Below, in pieces: positions 36,575 through 46,262 of a DNA stretch of 64,000 bases. The notes below the pieces were generated by a model that did no database searches, was not told the DNA's origin, and was given only the letters and a program-made list of their open reading frames with translations. Made by a program: the position numbers and the translations under genes. Origin of the DNA: Candidatus Microgenomates bacterium (lineage in GTDB: Bacteria; Patescibacteriota; Microgenomatia; UBA8517); NCBI GenBank assembly GCA_016784385.1, contig JADHUT010000001.1, positions 20,547-84,546 on the forward strand, in the 5' to 3' direction. Within the stretch, counting starts at the first letter, position 1; the number at the start of each line of letters is the position of its first letter.

Positions 36575-37317
36575 CGGATATCATAAATATAACCCTTCTT
36601 GCCCTACTAGGTAGTGTTATTGCTCTTCTGGGGGGTATTGTATTTTTATACAATAAAAAACTCTCTGCTGTTTTAGAAAAATATTCTGTATCTTTTGCGG
36701 CTGGGGTGTTAGTTACGGTTTCATTAATAGGACTTCTTCCTGAAGCAGTTCACATACTAGGTGAAAATGCCTTTTGGGTGATGACGATAACATTTTTATC
36801 AGTATTTCTGTTTGAACATGTTTTTTTTGGAATTCATCATCATGATGATGAACATCATGTGAGAGGTAAGGAATTTTCAACTTTTTTTGTGATTGTGGGG
36901 GACACCATTCACAATTTTATAGACGGAATTGCAATTGCTGTGACTTATTTTGTTTCACCGGGGCTAGGATTTGTAACTGCACTTTCTACATTCCTGCATG
37001 AAGTACCTCATGAAATTGCAGACTTTGGAATTTTGCTGAAGTCTGGTTGGAGTAAAAAACGAATAATAATTATTAATTTAATATCTGCTTCAATGACAAT
37101 AGTTGGAGCACTCTTGGTTTACTTTTATAATGACAATACAATCCTTAATGGAACTTTAATGGCAGTTTCTGCTGGAATATTTCTATACTTGGGAGCTTCT
37201 GACTTTTTACCAAAAATTGAGACTGAAGGAAAAAACAAATTCAAGTCTATTCTTCCACTTGTACTTGGGGTAGTTGCCATGATGTTGACTTTCAAGCTTA
37301 TTCCTCACGGTCACTAA
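36571..37317 (+). CDS. ZIP family metal transporter
   Basis: FAAGV, His-rich loop, HNFIDG, HEVPHE. Confidence 0.93.
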   Translation: MTDIINITLLALLGSVIALLGGIVFLYNKKLSAVLEKYSVSFAAGVLVTVSLIGLLPEAVHILGENAFWVMTITFLSVFLFEHVFFGIHHHDDEHHVRGKEFSTFFVIVGDTIHNFIDGIAIAVTYFVSPGLGFVTALSTFLHEVPHEIADFGILLKSGWSKKRIIIINLISASMTIVGALLVYFYNDNTILNGTLMAVSAGIFLYLGASDFLPKIETEGKNKFKSILPLVLGVVAMMLTFKLIPHGH

Positions 37318-37753
37318 ATTCTTTTAGAGCTTTCATTTGAATTTCATTGAGATGAACCTCAGGTCTATTTTTTTTGATTGTCTCAATAGCTTCTGAAACA
37401 GTTTTCCCCTTAGAAATTAAAAAGGCTGCTACGAGAGTAGGTGAGCGACCATGGCCAAATTTACAATGAACATACACTTTTTTGTCTATATTAACCATTC
37501 TGTCAATTAATGCTACACCTGCCTTAATTTGTGGGACAGATGGAGCAGTTTTGTCAACTGTGGGTAGGCGAAGATAGATTTCAATTTCAGCAACAGGGTT
37601 TTGCCCTTCTTTCTCTAAATCAATCTCAGCAGTAATTCCCAGGTCTGTAAGAGCTTGAGTGTGGGTTTTATCCAAGCAACATATATTTGTTCCCAAAAAA
37701 ATGTTATTTGTAACTTGGCTAAATTCAAATTCCTGTTTATGTTTATCGTTCAT
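37298..37753 (-). CDS. dual-specificity protein phosphatase
   Basis: VYVHCKFGHGRS (CX5R). Confidence 0.9.
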   Translation of the reverse strand: MNDKHKQEFEFSQVTNNIFLGTNICCLDKTHTQALTDLGITAEIDLEKEGQNPVAEIEIYLRLPTVDKTAPSVPQIKAGVALIDRMVNIDKKVYVHCKFGHGRSPTLVAAFLISKGKTVSEAIETIKKNRPEVHLNEIQMKALKEFSDREE

Positions 37754-37830
37754 AGGTTTTTCTTGAACTCGGTTAAGACGCTATGTGTAAAGTCTACCAT
37801 TTTTGATCAAATAGGCTATAATTGACACCT

Positions 37831-39291
37831 GTGCTTCAAGTAATTGATCTCACATTTGGATTTGGAAGTAAACCTCTTTATGGGGGGGTTAACTTTGTTG
37901 TGGGAAAAGGTCAAAAGATAGGACTGGTCGGACCAAATGGATCTGGCAAATCTACACTTCTTAGTATCATAAGAGGAGAGGAAGAAAGCTTTACGGGGAA
38001 AGTAAAACGAATTGGAAACATGACTCTTGTTCCTCAAGAAATAAAACATGACCCCAATATGGAAAAGTCAAAAAGCGTGAGGGAGTATGTAGACTCAAAC
38101 AACTCTTTCCAAGACTTTGAAATTCAAAAAATGTTTAAAGGATTAGAGCTTGGAGTTAAATTAGAGATAGATCCAAAAAAGCTTTCCGGTGGACAAAAAA
38201 CAAAACTTGCACTTGCCAGAGCGTTACTTAAAAAGCCTGACATCTTACTACTTGATGAACCAACCAACTTCATGGACAAAGCTGGTAAAGCGTGGGTTAT
38301 GAAATTTTTGTCTGAGTACGAAGGTGCTGTAATTGTTATTTCTCATGACTTGGAGTTGATGGATCGCTCAATTGATAAAATATTAGCTATTGCACCACAC
38401 AACTCAACAATAGAAGAATACAAAGGAACTTATTCTGATTACGAAAGACTAAAAAGCCAAAGAGAAGAAGGCATTAGAAAAGAACTTTTAGTAAAAGAAA
38501 AGCATCTAAAAAGAACAGAAGAAAGATATAATACTTCAAGAGCTGTAGCTACAAAATCAATACTAAAGCGAAAAGTTGAAAGAGAAAGAGAAGCATTGCC
38601 TGATGCACCGCCAGAGATTAGAAAAATTTCCATAACACTACCTGACCCTAAAAAAGTGGGAGAGATTCCTATAAAAACGGTTGGAGTCAATAAAAATTAC
38701 GGCAAGTTAGAAGTTTTAAAAAACCTTAATTTTACAATCATAAGAGGAGATAGAATTGCACTAATAGGATCAAATGGAGCGGGTAAAAGTACATTTATTA
38801 AAATACTGATGGGACTAATCGAGCCAGACGGAGGAGAAGTAATTAGAAATTCAGAGCTTGCAGTTGGATACTACTCACAAGAGTTTGAAACATTTGATTT
38901 CGATAAAAGCGTAATTGATACTTTTTGCGAGCTTACAAACAGGGAAGAAGGTTTTGCAAGAGGATATCTGGGTAAATTCATGCTGTCGGGTAGTAAAGTA
39001 TTTCAAAGAGTAGGAAGTCTTTCGGGCGGAGAAAAAACAAGACTATCAATAGCTTGCCTTACAGGGAAAGACAATAATCTGTTAATACTTGATGAACCGA
39101 CAACGTACTTGGATACATTAAGCCAAAGAATAATTTTAGAAAGCTTGAAGCAGTACAAAGGAACAATGATAATAGTATCCCACACACCTGAGTTTATGAA
39201 AGAGTTGGCTCCATCAAAAGCTCTTCTTTTTCCAGAACAAAAACAAGTTTTTTGGGATGATGAGTTACTAGATAGAATAGTAGAGGTGTAA
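37831..39291 (+). CDS. ABC-F family ATPase
   Basis: Two ABC cassettes (GPNGSGKS/LSGGQ/LDEPTN and GSNGAGKS/LSGGE), no TM; GTG start 8 nt after TATAAT. Confidence 0.92.
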   Translation: MLQVIDLTFGFGSKPLYGGVNFVVGKGQKIGLVGPNGSGKSTLLSIIRGEEESFTGKVKRIGNMTLVPQEIKHDPNMEKSKSVREYVDSNNSFQDFEIQKMFKGLELGVKLEIDPKKLSGGQKTKLALARALLKKPDILLLDEPTNFMDKAGKAWVMKFLSEYEGAVIVISHDLELMDRSIDKILAIAPHNSTIEEYKGTYSDYERLKSQREEGIRKELLVKEKHLKRTEERYNTSRAVATKSILKRKVEREREALPDAPPEIRKISITLPDPKKVGEIPIKTVGVNKNYGKLEVLKNLNFTIIRGDRIALIGSNGAGKSTFIKILMGLIEPDGGEVIRNSELAVGYYSQEFETFDFDKSVIDTFCELTNREEGFARGYLGKFMLSGSKVFQRVGSLSGGEKTRLSIACLTGKDNNLLILDEPTTYLDTLSQRIILESLKQYKGTMIIVSHTPEFMKELAPSKALLFPEQKQVFWDDELLDRIVEV

Positions 39292-39431
39292 ACAAGATCG
39301 CATTTTTGTTCAAAATAAACCTACTCTGCAGTAAATATGGATATTATTCCAACAACTGTTACTATTCATTTTAGAAAATATAACAAGGACTTATAGTTTT
39401 GGGAATAAATATGCTATAATAATTGAAAACT

Positions 39432-40406
39432 GTGACCGATGAACATCTAACCAGGAGAGATTTTTTAAAACTTTCATCTTTGGCCCCATTTTCCAAACTT
39501 GAGACTTTGATGGGTTTGATAGACACAAATGAGATGATAAAAAGATATGTGTCAGATCGAGAAACCCTGGCTTATCCCACTTTGGCCCGCAAAAATCCCC
39601 TCACGGCTGAAGGTTTAGAAAAAACAACAAGAGTACCTAGCGAGAGTGAGATGATAGAAAAACTAAATAACCCTGATTTCTTTACCAAGTCAATAAACGG
39701 AGCAAGGCCAATACACACCAATCAGTTTGATGATACTGAACACAACTTCCATCCCGATATGCCTGAAAGTGAAGCAGACATAATTAAACAAAATTCATGT
39801 GGACCAGCTGCAATAGCAACTGTTTTAAAAACTTATAGATACTTTGAAACAGGAGTAGTAGCAGACATTAGAATTAGTGCAGTGAGAGATTTTCTAGAAC
39901 AGCATAAATATATAGAAAAAGGAAAAAAACACAACTTTCTTGAATGGGACGGCTCCATGTATCCCTTTGCTTTAACACAGGCATTCAGTTTATTTAGTCA
40001 ATTCGGTTATCCCATTTCAGTTGTTAACATCAGCCCTTCCAGAATGTCAGGATATGGGCTTGATTCATTCATCGTCCCCCTAAATAGAGATATTGTCTTA
40101 AGGAGTCAAGAATTAGCCAGCAAAGGGGGTATCCTGTGTACTTTTCAACTTAAATATGGGGGAGGTCATCTTCCACTCATGACAAACCTCAATTATGATG
40201 AAGATGGGATGATTCGAGCCATGGTCATAGATTCTCGTGGAGGATTTGTTCAAGAAAACGTCTGGCTTCCTTCATACATAGACGACTACAACGGCAAAGA
40301 CGGTTTAATGGGTATTTTTGGTATTATTCCAAACTTCAAACAAAAAAACATGAGTTCACTTCGAATGGATAAACATGAAAGAATTAAAGGAAATCCTTTT
40401 AACTAA
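39432..40406 (+). CDS. twin-arginine-like leader plus C39/papain-like peptidase domain
   Basis: LTRRDFLKL; QNSCGPAAIA; GGGH; VIDS. Confidence 0.55.
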   Translation: MTDEHLTRRDFLKLSSLAPFSKLETLMGLIDTNEMIKRYVSDRETLAYPTLARKNPLTAEGLEKTTRVPSESEMIEKLNNPDFFTKSINGARPIHTNQFDDTEHNFHPDMPESEADIIKQNSCGPAAIATVLKTYRYFETGVVADIRISAVRDFLEQHKYIEKGKKHNFLEWDGSMYPFALTQAFSLFSQFGYPISVVNISPSRMSGYGLDSFIVPLNRDIVLRSQELASKGGILCTFQLKYGGGHLPLMTNLNYDEDGMIRAMVIDSRGGFVQENVWLPSYIDDYNGKDGLMGIFGIIPNFKQKNMSSLRMDKHERIKGNPFN

Positions 40407-40642
40407 ATAGAAAAAGCTACACTACTGTATACATATATTTGTTCCAGGGTCACTTAGAAACCGATGTTTGGACTAATTACGAGGCTCTGTATACCTAGTT
40501 GAACAGCCACAATCTCAAGAGCCACTACACAGGAGTCGTTCTCGAGGCATTCTGGTATGCCTGATTCAAGTCTAAAACCTAAAGCGGTTCGTATTTAGAG
40601 GAGTAACTTTTTTCAGGTACGAATTTTGACCAAATAACTCAT

Positions 40643-40663
40643 TACCCAAGACAGGACTCGAAC
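40643..40663 (-). other. tRNA 3'-end fragment (att-like scar)
   Basis: GTTCGAGT-CCTGT-CTTGGGT-A has exact T-loop, T-stem, acceptor and discriminator lengths; no 5' half. Confidence 0.5.
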
Positions 40664-40686
40664 GACTTGATACGATACATTAGCAA

Positions 40687-41277
40687 ATGAAGATTTATCT
40701 TATTAGACACGGACAAACCACTGGTGATGTAGAGAACAGGTATGGGGGAGCCTATGATGATGAGTTGTCAGACAAAGGTAAAATTCAAGCTCACGAACTT
40801 TCCAATAAGATAGGCAATTCTGGTATACAGATTCTTTTTTGTAGTCCCATGATACGAGCACAACAAACTGCAAAAATACTAAAGACCAAACTAGATTGTG
40901 AGATAAAAACAATTGAAAATTTAAAAGAAAGAAACAAGAATGGGATTCTAACTGGCATGACAAGGGACGAAGCAAAAACAAAGTATCCTGAATTGGTTGC
41001 AGAACTTAAGGATTACAGGAGTCAAATACAAGGGGCAGAGTCTCAAGAGGATTTTGCAGAAAGAATTAAAAAAGCGTTTATGGAAGTTACAAGTGCTGTA
41101 AATTATTCGACAATTGGCATTGTTACCCACGGTATGCCTTTTTGGGTAGTCTTTGAAGACATTCTGAACGAAAGTGGAATTGTTGATATTGCAGATTGTG
41201 CATATGCGGTTTTAAATAAAGAAGGCCAAAAACTAACACTAGAGAGATTGGAAGGTATTGAACTTAAAACGGATTAG
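40687..41277 (+). CDS. histidine phosphatase (phosphoglycerate mutase) family
   Basis: LIRHGQT, SPMIRAQQTA, IVTHG. Confidence 0.92.
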   Translation: MKIYLIRHGQTTGDVENRYGGAYDDELSDKGKIQAHELSNKIGNSGIQILFCSPMIRAQQTAKILKTKLDCEIKTIENLKERNKNGILTGMTRDEAKTKYPELVAELKDYRSQIQGAESQEDFAERIKKAFMEVTSAVNYSTIGIVTHGMPFWVVFEDILNESGIVDIADCAYAVLNKEGQKLTLERLEGIELKTD

Positions 41278-41535
41278 TTTCGAACACCCCCACATCCCAA
41301 CTTACTATATATTTACGCACACAGATGTTAAAATACCTCTATGTCAAATCTTTCTGTAGGGACAGTCTTTTCTTAACCCCAACATTTGATTTTTTCTTCA
41401 AAGTGCCAATTACTAAAAAAAGAAAAGAAAGAGAAATCACTCGAAGAGATAGTCTGGGGAGGATACTGGCATCCAAAGTTCCTGATGGCCTACATGATTT
41501 TGAGATGTCACAGATTCTGGGTTACGATATATAAT

Positions 41536-42846
41536 ATGGATATAGCTCCAACAGAAATACGTAAAACATCAAAAAAAGAAGCATTATATAAATTACCACA
41601 AGATGAGTCCCTGGGACAGAAAGATCTTAAAACAGCAACAGACAAACTTCAAAATGCAATAAAGGATCCTGAGATCGGAATTGATCAAGTATTAAGTGTT
41701 TTCGAAAATGAGTACATACTAAACATTGACCTAAGTGATTATAGGCACCCCGATAAAGAAATAATGCTGTTCACCGGCTTACCAAAACGGGTGTTTTTAG
41801 ATGAAGGTTTTTCCGATGTCGTTGTAGATTTACCCAATGCTGATGATAAAAGGCTGGAAGGGTTGCCAAAGATCATAAAATTGCACCTTGCAGAAGATGA
41901 TAAAGGTGGATGGGGTCATGCACAGTTTCGTAAGTTTTCTGAAGATCCGAGATGGACACGATACTGGGAGCTTGTTAAAAAGTACACGGAAAAATCGTCA
42001 GAGATAGAAAAACAACATCCGAAAACAGTTGAGGCTTATTCTGGCAACACAGATGACGAAAAAATTGAAGTTGCACGAAGCGTACAAGACAGGAGGATCG
42101 CTGAAAACTATACTCGGTGGCTCGACGAGATCAAAGAAAAGTCGGTTGGAAAAGATTTGATTTCATCAGGACAGTGGTTAGGTAGTGGTACTTTTTTGTC
42201 AAACATAGAAAAAATGCTAGAAAGAGGGGGTAAGTTGAAATCAGCCTACCATGTTTTGAATTCAGGTGGGAAAAAAGAAGATATTCATGGAGATATAAAA
42301 GGTGGAGATGCTCATAAGGCATCTATATTTTTTTTCCATTGGAAACATGAATATTCAAAAAATAATGTGGATACAGCAGGTAGATATGGTACTCAAGTTA
42401 GTGGCAATGTGGAGCTTACTGACGTTGGGATATTTTATCCAGTAGACACCATATATAAAAATAAACTCACAATTGGATCTTATTTGGGGGACAAATCAAC
42501 ATCTGAGTTTTTTGTTACAAAATCACCGCAGGTAGTAACAAAAGGAAAATTTTTACCTAAGAGCGAAATTTTAGAAATTGCCAAAAATGATAAAACAGAA
42601 CTACCACTGAGTCAGGCTTTCTTCAGGGTTGATAGTCGACAAAAATACGATGAAATAAAAGAACTATTCGGGAGACATGGATACACGAAAGACTGGATTA
42701 ATGACCATATATACCACCAAAAGACCCGCAATAGAGAAGAGATTGGCACATGGTTAAAGTCCAGACCTTATTCCAAAGCACAGATTCCTCCTCATGAGTC
42801 TGTGAGTTACGGTCTAAATAACTATCTATGGGAGCCTATAAAGTGA
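41536..42846 (+). CDS. hypothetical protein
   Basis: Long ORF; start moved to MDIAPTE after a -10-like box; no motif recognised. Confidence 0.7.
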   Translation: MDIAPTEIRKTSKKEALYKLPQDESLGQKDLKTATDKLQNAIKDPEIGIDQVLSVFENEYILNIDLSDYRHPDKEIMLFTGLPKRVFLDEGFSDVVVDLPNADDKRLEGLPKIIKLHLAEDDKGGWGHAQFRKFSEDPRWTRYWELVKKYTEKSSEIEKQHPKTVEAYSGNTDDEKIEVARSVQDRRIAENYTRWLDEIKEKSVGKDLISSGQWLGSGTFLSNIEKMLERGGKLKSAYHVLNSGGKKEDIHGDIKGGDAHKASIFFFHWKHEYSKNNVDTAGRYGTQVSGNVELTDVGIFYPVDTIYKNKLTIGSYLGDKSTSEFFVTKSPQVVTKGKFLPKSEILEIAKNDKTELPLSQAFFRVDSRQKYDEIKELFGRHGYTKDWINDHIYHQKTRNREEIGTWLKSRPYSKAQIPPHESVSYGLNNYLWEPIK

Positions 42847-42858
42847 TAGAATACACCC

Positions 42859-43857
42859 ATGTCATCTCTTTCAGTAGGACTAGTAGGACTAGCAAATGTT
42901 GGTAAGAGCACACTTTTTAATGCTCTTTTGAAAAAGCAACAAGCATATGTTGCTAATTTTCCTTTTGCCACAATTGAACCTAATATTGGGATAATCCCGG
43001 TTCCAGACGAAAGACTGAGGAGTTTAGCAGAAGTCATTAAAAAATCTGAAAAAATGGATGGGTTACCACCTGAAGTTCCTGCAGTTGTTCAGTTTGTTGA
43101 TATTGCGGGACTCATTGAAGGAGCACACAAAGGAGAGGGGTTGGGTAATAAATTTTTAAGCCACATTAGGCAAGTGACGGCCATTTGTCATGTAGTTAGA
43201 GCTTTTAGTGATCCTGATGTAATAAAACAAGGCGTAACTGATCCTGTGAGTGATTTTGAGGTCGTAAAAACCGAACTAGAGCTTGCAGACATAGACACAG
43301 AGGAAGGTCACAAAAAAAAGAAAAACCAAGACATGGAAAGTTTGCCTCTTTTTTCAAAAAAACCAATATTGGTTGTTTTAAATATTGATGAAAAAGAAGT
43401 TGCTAACGCTTCTGGATTGGAAAAAAAATATGCAGAGGAGTTTGGTTTAGAAGAAAATCAAGTAATTGCAGTTTGTGCAAAAGTAGAAGCAGAACTGGCA
43501 GAACTTGGAATTGATGACCAAAAGGCGTATCTGGCTGATCTTGGAGTACAAAACTCGGGTTTAGAGAGAATTATTTCGAAAGCCTTTAAAACACTCGGCC
43601 TAATTACTTTTTTAACTGCAGGTGAAAAAGAAGTTAGAGCGTGGACTATTAAAAAAGACACTAATGCTCAAGCTGCTGCAGGAACAATACACACTGATTT
43701 TTCAGATAAATTTATCAAAGCAGATGTGGTTAATTTTGATGATTTTGTACAAAATAATGGATGGAAGGCTTGTCGTGAGTTGGGTAAGGTCAGAAGTGAG
43801 GGGGTTGATTACATCGTCGAGGACGGGGATGTAATAGAGTTCAAAGTGGGAAGGTAA
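42859..43857 (+). CDS. ychF: Obg-family ATPase YchF
   Basis: GLANVGKSTLFN, ANFPFATIEPN, DIAGL, GEGLGNKFL, TGS domain. Confidence 0.96.
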   Translation: MSSLSVGLVGLANVGKSTLFNALLKKQQAYVANFPFATIEPNIGIIPVPDERLRSLAEVIKKSEKMDGLPPEVPAVVQFVDIAGLIEGAHKGEGLGNKFLSHIRQVTAICHVVRAFSDPDVIKQGVTDPVSDFEVVKTELELADIDTEEGHKKKKNQDMESLPLFSKKPILVVLNIDEKEVANASGLEKKYAEEFGLEENQVIAVCAKVEAELAELGIDDQKAYLADLGVQNSGLERIISKAFKTLGLITFLTAGEKEVRAWTIKKDTNAQAAAGTIHTDFSDKFIKADVVNFDDFVQNNGWKACRELGKVRSEGVDYIVEDGDVIEFKVGR

Positions 43858-43872
43858 GATGGGGATGTATTA
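43858..43872 (+). repeat. displaced diverged copy of the ychF tail
   Basis: gatggggatgtatta versus gacggggatgtaata (43822..43836), 13/15; DGDVLFFN versus DGDVIEFK. Confidence 0.6.
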
Positions 43873-43929
43873 TTTTTTAATCTATACCTCTTGTTAGTAT
43901 TGTCAACATTTGTTAAACTAGCCCCTGAC

Positions 43930-44217
43930 ATGAACAAATACGAATTAACAATAGTAATGCCTGAGAAAACTACTACTGCAAAAAAGAAATCAGTACTGGA
44001 AACTATTGAAAAAATAGTTAAGATGGGAAAAGGAACTGTTGGAACAGCTGATGACTGGGGAGTAAAAGACTTGTCATACCCAATTGAAAAACAAATTAAA
44101 GGATTGTTTGTTCTATTACCTCTAGAACTTGAAGCCTCATTTGTTTCCCAACTAGACACAAAGCTTAAAATGGATGAGAATGTAATCAGATATTTAATAG
44201 TAAGGATGAAAGAATAA
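43930..44217 (+). CDS. rpsF: 30S ribosomal protein S6
   Basis: MNKYEL, WGVKDLSYPI, VIRYLIVR. Confidence 0.93.
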   Translation: MNKYELTIVMPEKTTTAKKKSVLETIEKIVKMGKGTVGTADDWGVKDLSYPIEKQIKGLFVLLPLELEASFVSQLDTKLKMDENVIRYLIVRMKE

Positions 44218-44222
44218 CAAAA

Positions 44223-44732
44223 ATGGCTAAAAGTTTAAACAAAGTACAACTAATCGGCAACATGACTCGTGACCCTGAACTAAAGTTCACTCCAAGTGGC
44301 ACTGCAGTTTGTACCTTTTCCATAGCAACAAACAGACAATGGACAACAGATCAGGGTGAGAAAAAAGATGAAGCAGATTTTCACAGAATTGTTTCTTGGA
44401 GCAAGTTAGCAGAAATTTGTGGACAACTTCTTAAAAAAGGTCGAAAAGTATATGTTGAAGGTAGACTTCAAACAAGATCTTGGGAAGCACAAGATGGAAC
44501 AACAAAATACATGACTGAAGTGGTAATTTCAGACATGATACTTCTTGATTCAAGAGGTGGAGGAAGTACTGATGAGGCAAACTTAGGTGGAGCGCAACAA
44601 GTGGATGAATTTGATGTACCTGCTGATTTTGATGCAAAAGAAAAGCCTGTTTCTAAAGTATCTAAAAAAGATACAAAACCAAAAGGCAAAGCTGCTTCAA
44701 AAGACGAAGGAGATGAAGACATTCCTTTTTAA
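44223..44732 (+). CDS. ssb: single-stranded DNA-binding protein
   Basis: LNKVQLIGNMTRDPE, VEGRLQTRSW, DEDIPF tail. Confidence 0.97.
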   Translation: MAKSLNKVQLIGNMTRDPELKFTPSGTAVCTFSIATNRQWTTDQGEKKDEADFHRIVSWSKLAEICGQLLKKGRKVYVEGRLQTRSWEAQDGTTKYMTEVVISDMILLDSRGGGSTDEANLGGAQQVDEFDVPADFDAKEKPVSKVSKKDTKPKGKAASKDEGDEDIPF

Positions 44733-44770
44733 TTAATTTTTTAAAAAAATAAATACAAATATATTTATAT

Positions 44771-45013
44771 ATGGCAAAAAAGCAAAAAAAGAGAAGAAAG
44801 ATAATTAAAGTTAGACCAATTTCGGTTAACTGCGCTTTTTGTGAGACCAAAACTGATCCAGACTACAAAGCTTACGAATTTCTTTCTAAATATGTTTCTG
44901 AGAGAGGAAGAGTAGCTGACAGAGAAAGATCAGGAAATTGCGCGAAGCACCAGAGAAAGATGACAACTGCCATAAAAAGAGCAAGACACCTGGGGCTAAT
45001 TTTGTATGCCTAG
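44771..45013 (+). CDS. rpsR: 30S ribosomal protein S18
   Basis: CAFC...DYK...CAKHQR...AIKRARHLGL. Confidence 0.95.
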   Translation: MAKKQKKRRKIIKVRPISVNCAFCETKTDPDYKAYEFLSKYVSERGRVADRERSGNCAKHQRKMTTAIKRARHLGLILYA

Positions 45014-46238
45014 ATTAAATTTTTCAATTGCCCGAAAAGTACTTCTGTATTCTGTTTTAACGACAATAATTTTTGTTTCTGGTTATACACTGGGAGTTAG
45101 GGGATTTAGACTAGAAACTGCAAGTTTCCCTAGTGTTGAAATTTCAAGAACAACTCCGAAATCCCGTTCTGACATAGATTTTGCACTTTTTTGGAGAGTT
45201 TGGGATACCTTGGATTCTTCATATTTTGACTCAAGTAAAATTGATCCAGTAAAAATGGTTTACGGTGCAATTTCTGGTATGGTTGCAGCAGTGGGGGACC
45301 CTTACACTGCCTTTTTACCACCTGAAGAAAACAAAGTAATAGAAGAAGATCTTTCCGGTTCTTTTGAAGGTGTTGGAATACAAATTGGTTTTAAAGGAAA
45401 ACAACTTGCAGTAATTGCTCCACTTCCTGATACTCCAGCAGATGAGGCTGGTGTGATGGCAGGTGACTTCATAGTTGGTATCTTAGATGAGACCAAAGGC
45501 GTTGACACTACAACAGTTGGGATTAACATCTCTGACGCTGTAAAGATGATTAGAGGGAAAGCTGGAACAAAGGTTACACTGTTTCTACTTAGAGACGGAA
45601 AACCAGAAACTATTAAAGTTGAAATAGAAAGAAAAGCTATTGATGTTCCTTCAGTAATCGTAACTTATGTTGGAGAAAATGAAGATATCGCACACATAAG
45701 ACTACTTAAATTTGGAGGAGAAACATACAGTGAATGGCAGACTGAGATAAAACAAATTAATAAACATGAACCAAAAATTAGCAAAATTGTACTAGATCTT
45801 AGAAACAACCCAGGTGGATATTTACAAGCTTCAGTGGACATTGTCGGAGATTTTGTAAAAACAGGATCTGTTGCAGTAATTGAAGACAAGGGAGGAGACA
45901 GAACTAACTTTAAAACAGAAAGATTCGGAACACTGCAAGACAAAAGTGTAGTAGTACTCATTAACCCAGGTTCTGCATCAGCCTCAGAAATATTAGCTGG
46001 AGCCTTGAGAGATTTAAAGAGAATCAAATTAGTGGGAGAAACATCGTTTGGAAAAGGGACAATACAAGAGCCCCTGCAACTTGAAAAGGGAAGTAGTCTC
46101 CATATAACAACTGCAAAATGGTTAACTCCAAATGGAACTTGGGTAAATGAAAAAGGAATAACACCTGATTTGGAAGTTAAAGATGATCCAGAAACCCCTG
46201 AAGATGAACAACTTCTTGAGGCTATAAGGCAACTTTAA
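45006..46238 (+). CDS. S41 C-terminal processing protease (CtpA-like)
   Basis: PDZ GVGI, DLRNNPGG, SASASEI, GKGTIQ. Confidence 0.93.
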   Translation: MPRLNFSIARKVLLYSVLTTIIFVSGYTLGVRGFRLETASFPSVEISRTTPKSRSDIDFALFWRVWDTLDSSYFDSSKIDPVKMVYGAISGMVAAVGDPYTAFLPPEENKVIEEDLSGSFEGVGIQIGFKGKQLAVIAPLPDTPADEAGVMAGDFIVGILDETKGVDTTTVGINISDAVKMIRGKAGTKVTLFLLRDGKPETIKVEIERKAIDVPSVIVTYVGENEDIAHIRLLKFGGETYSEWQTEIKQINKHEPKISKIVLDLRNNPGGYLQASVDIVGDFVKTGSVAVIEDKGGDRTNFKTERFGTLQDKSVVVLINPGSASASEILAGALRDLKRIKLVGETSFGKGTIQEPLQLEKGSSLHITTAKWLTPNGTWVNEKGITPDLEVKDDPETPEDEQLLEAIRQL

Positions 46239-46262
46239 AGAGAAAATATTTTAAAAAATAAT

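Noticed and set aside
39271-39310. DRI codons repeated after the ABC-F stop as another tail scar
   Set aside because: Only three codons with low nucleotide identity; not distinguishable from chance
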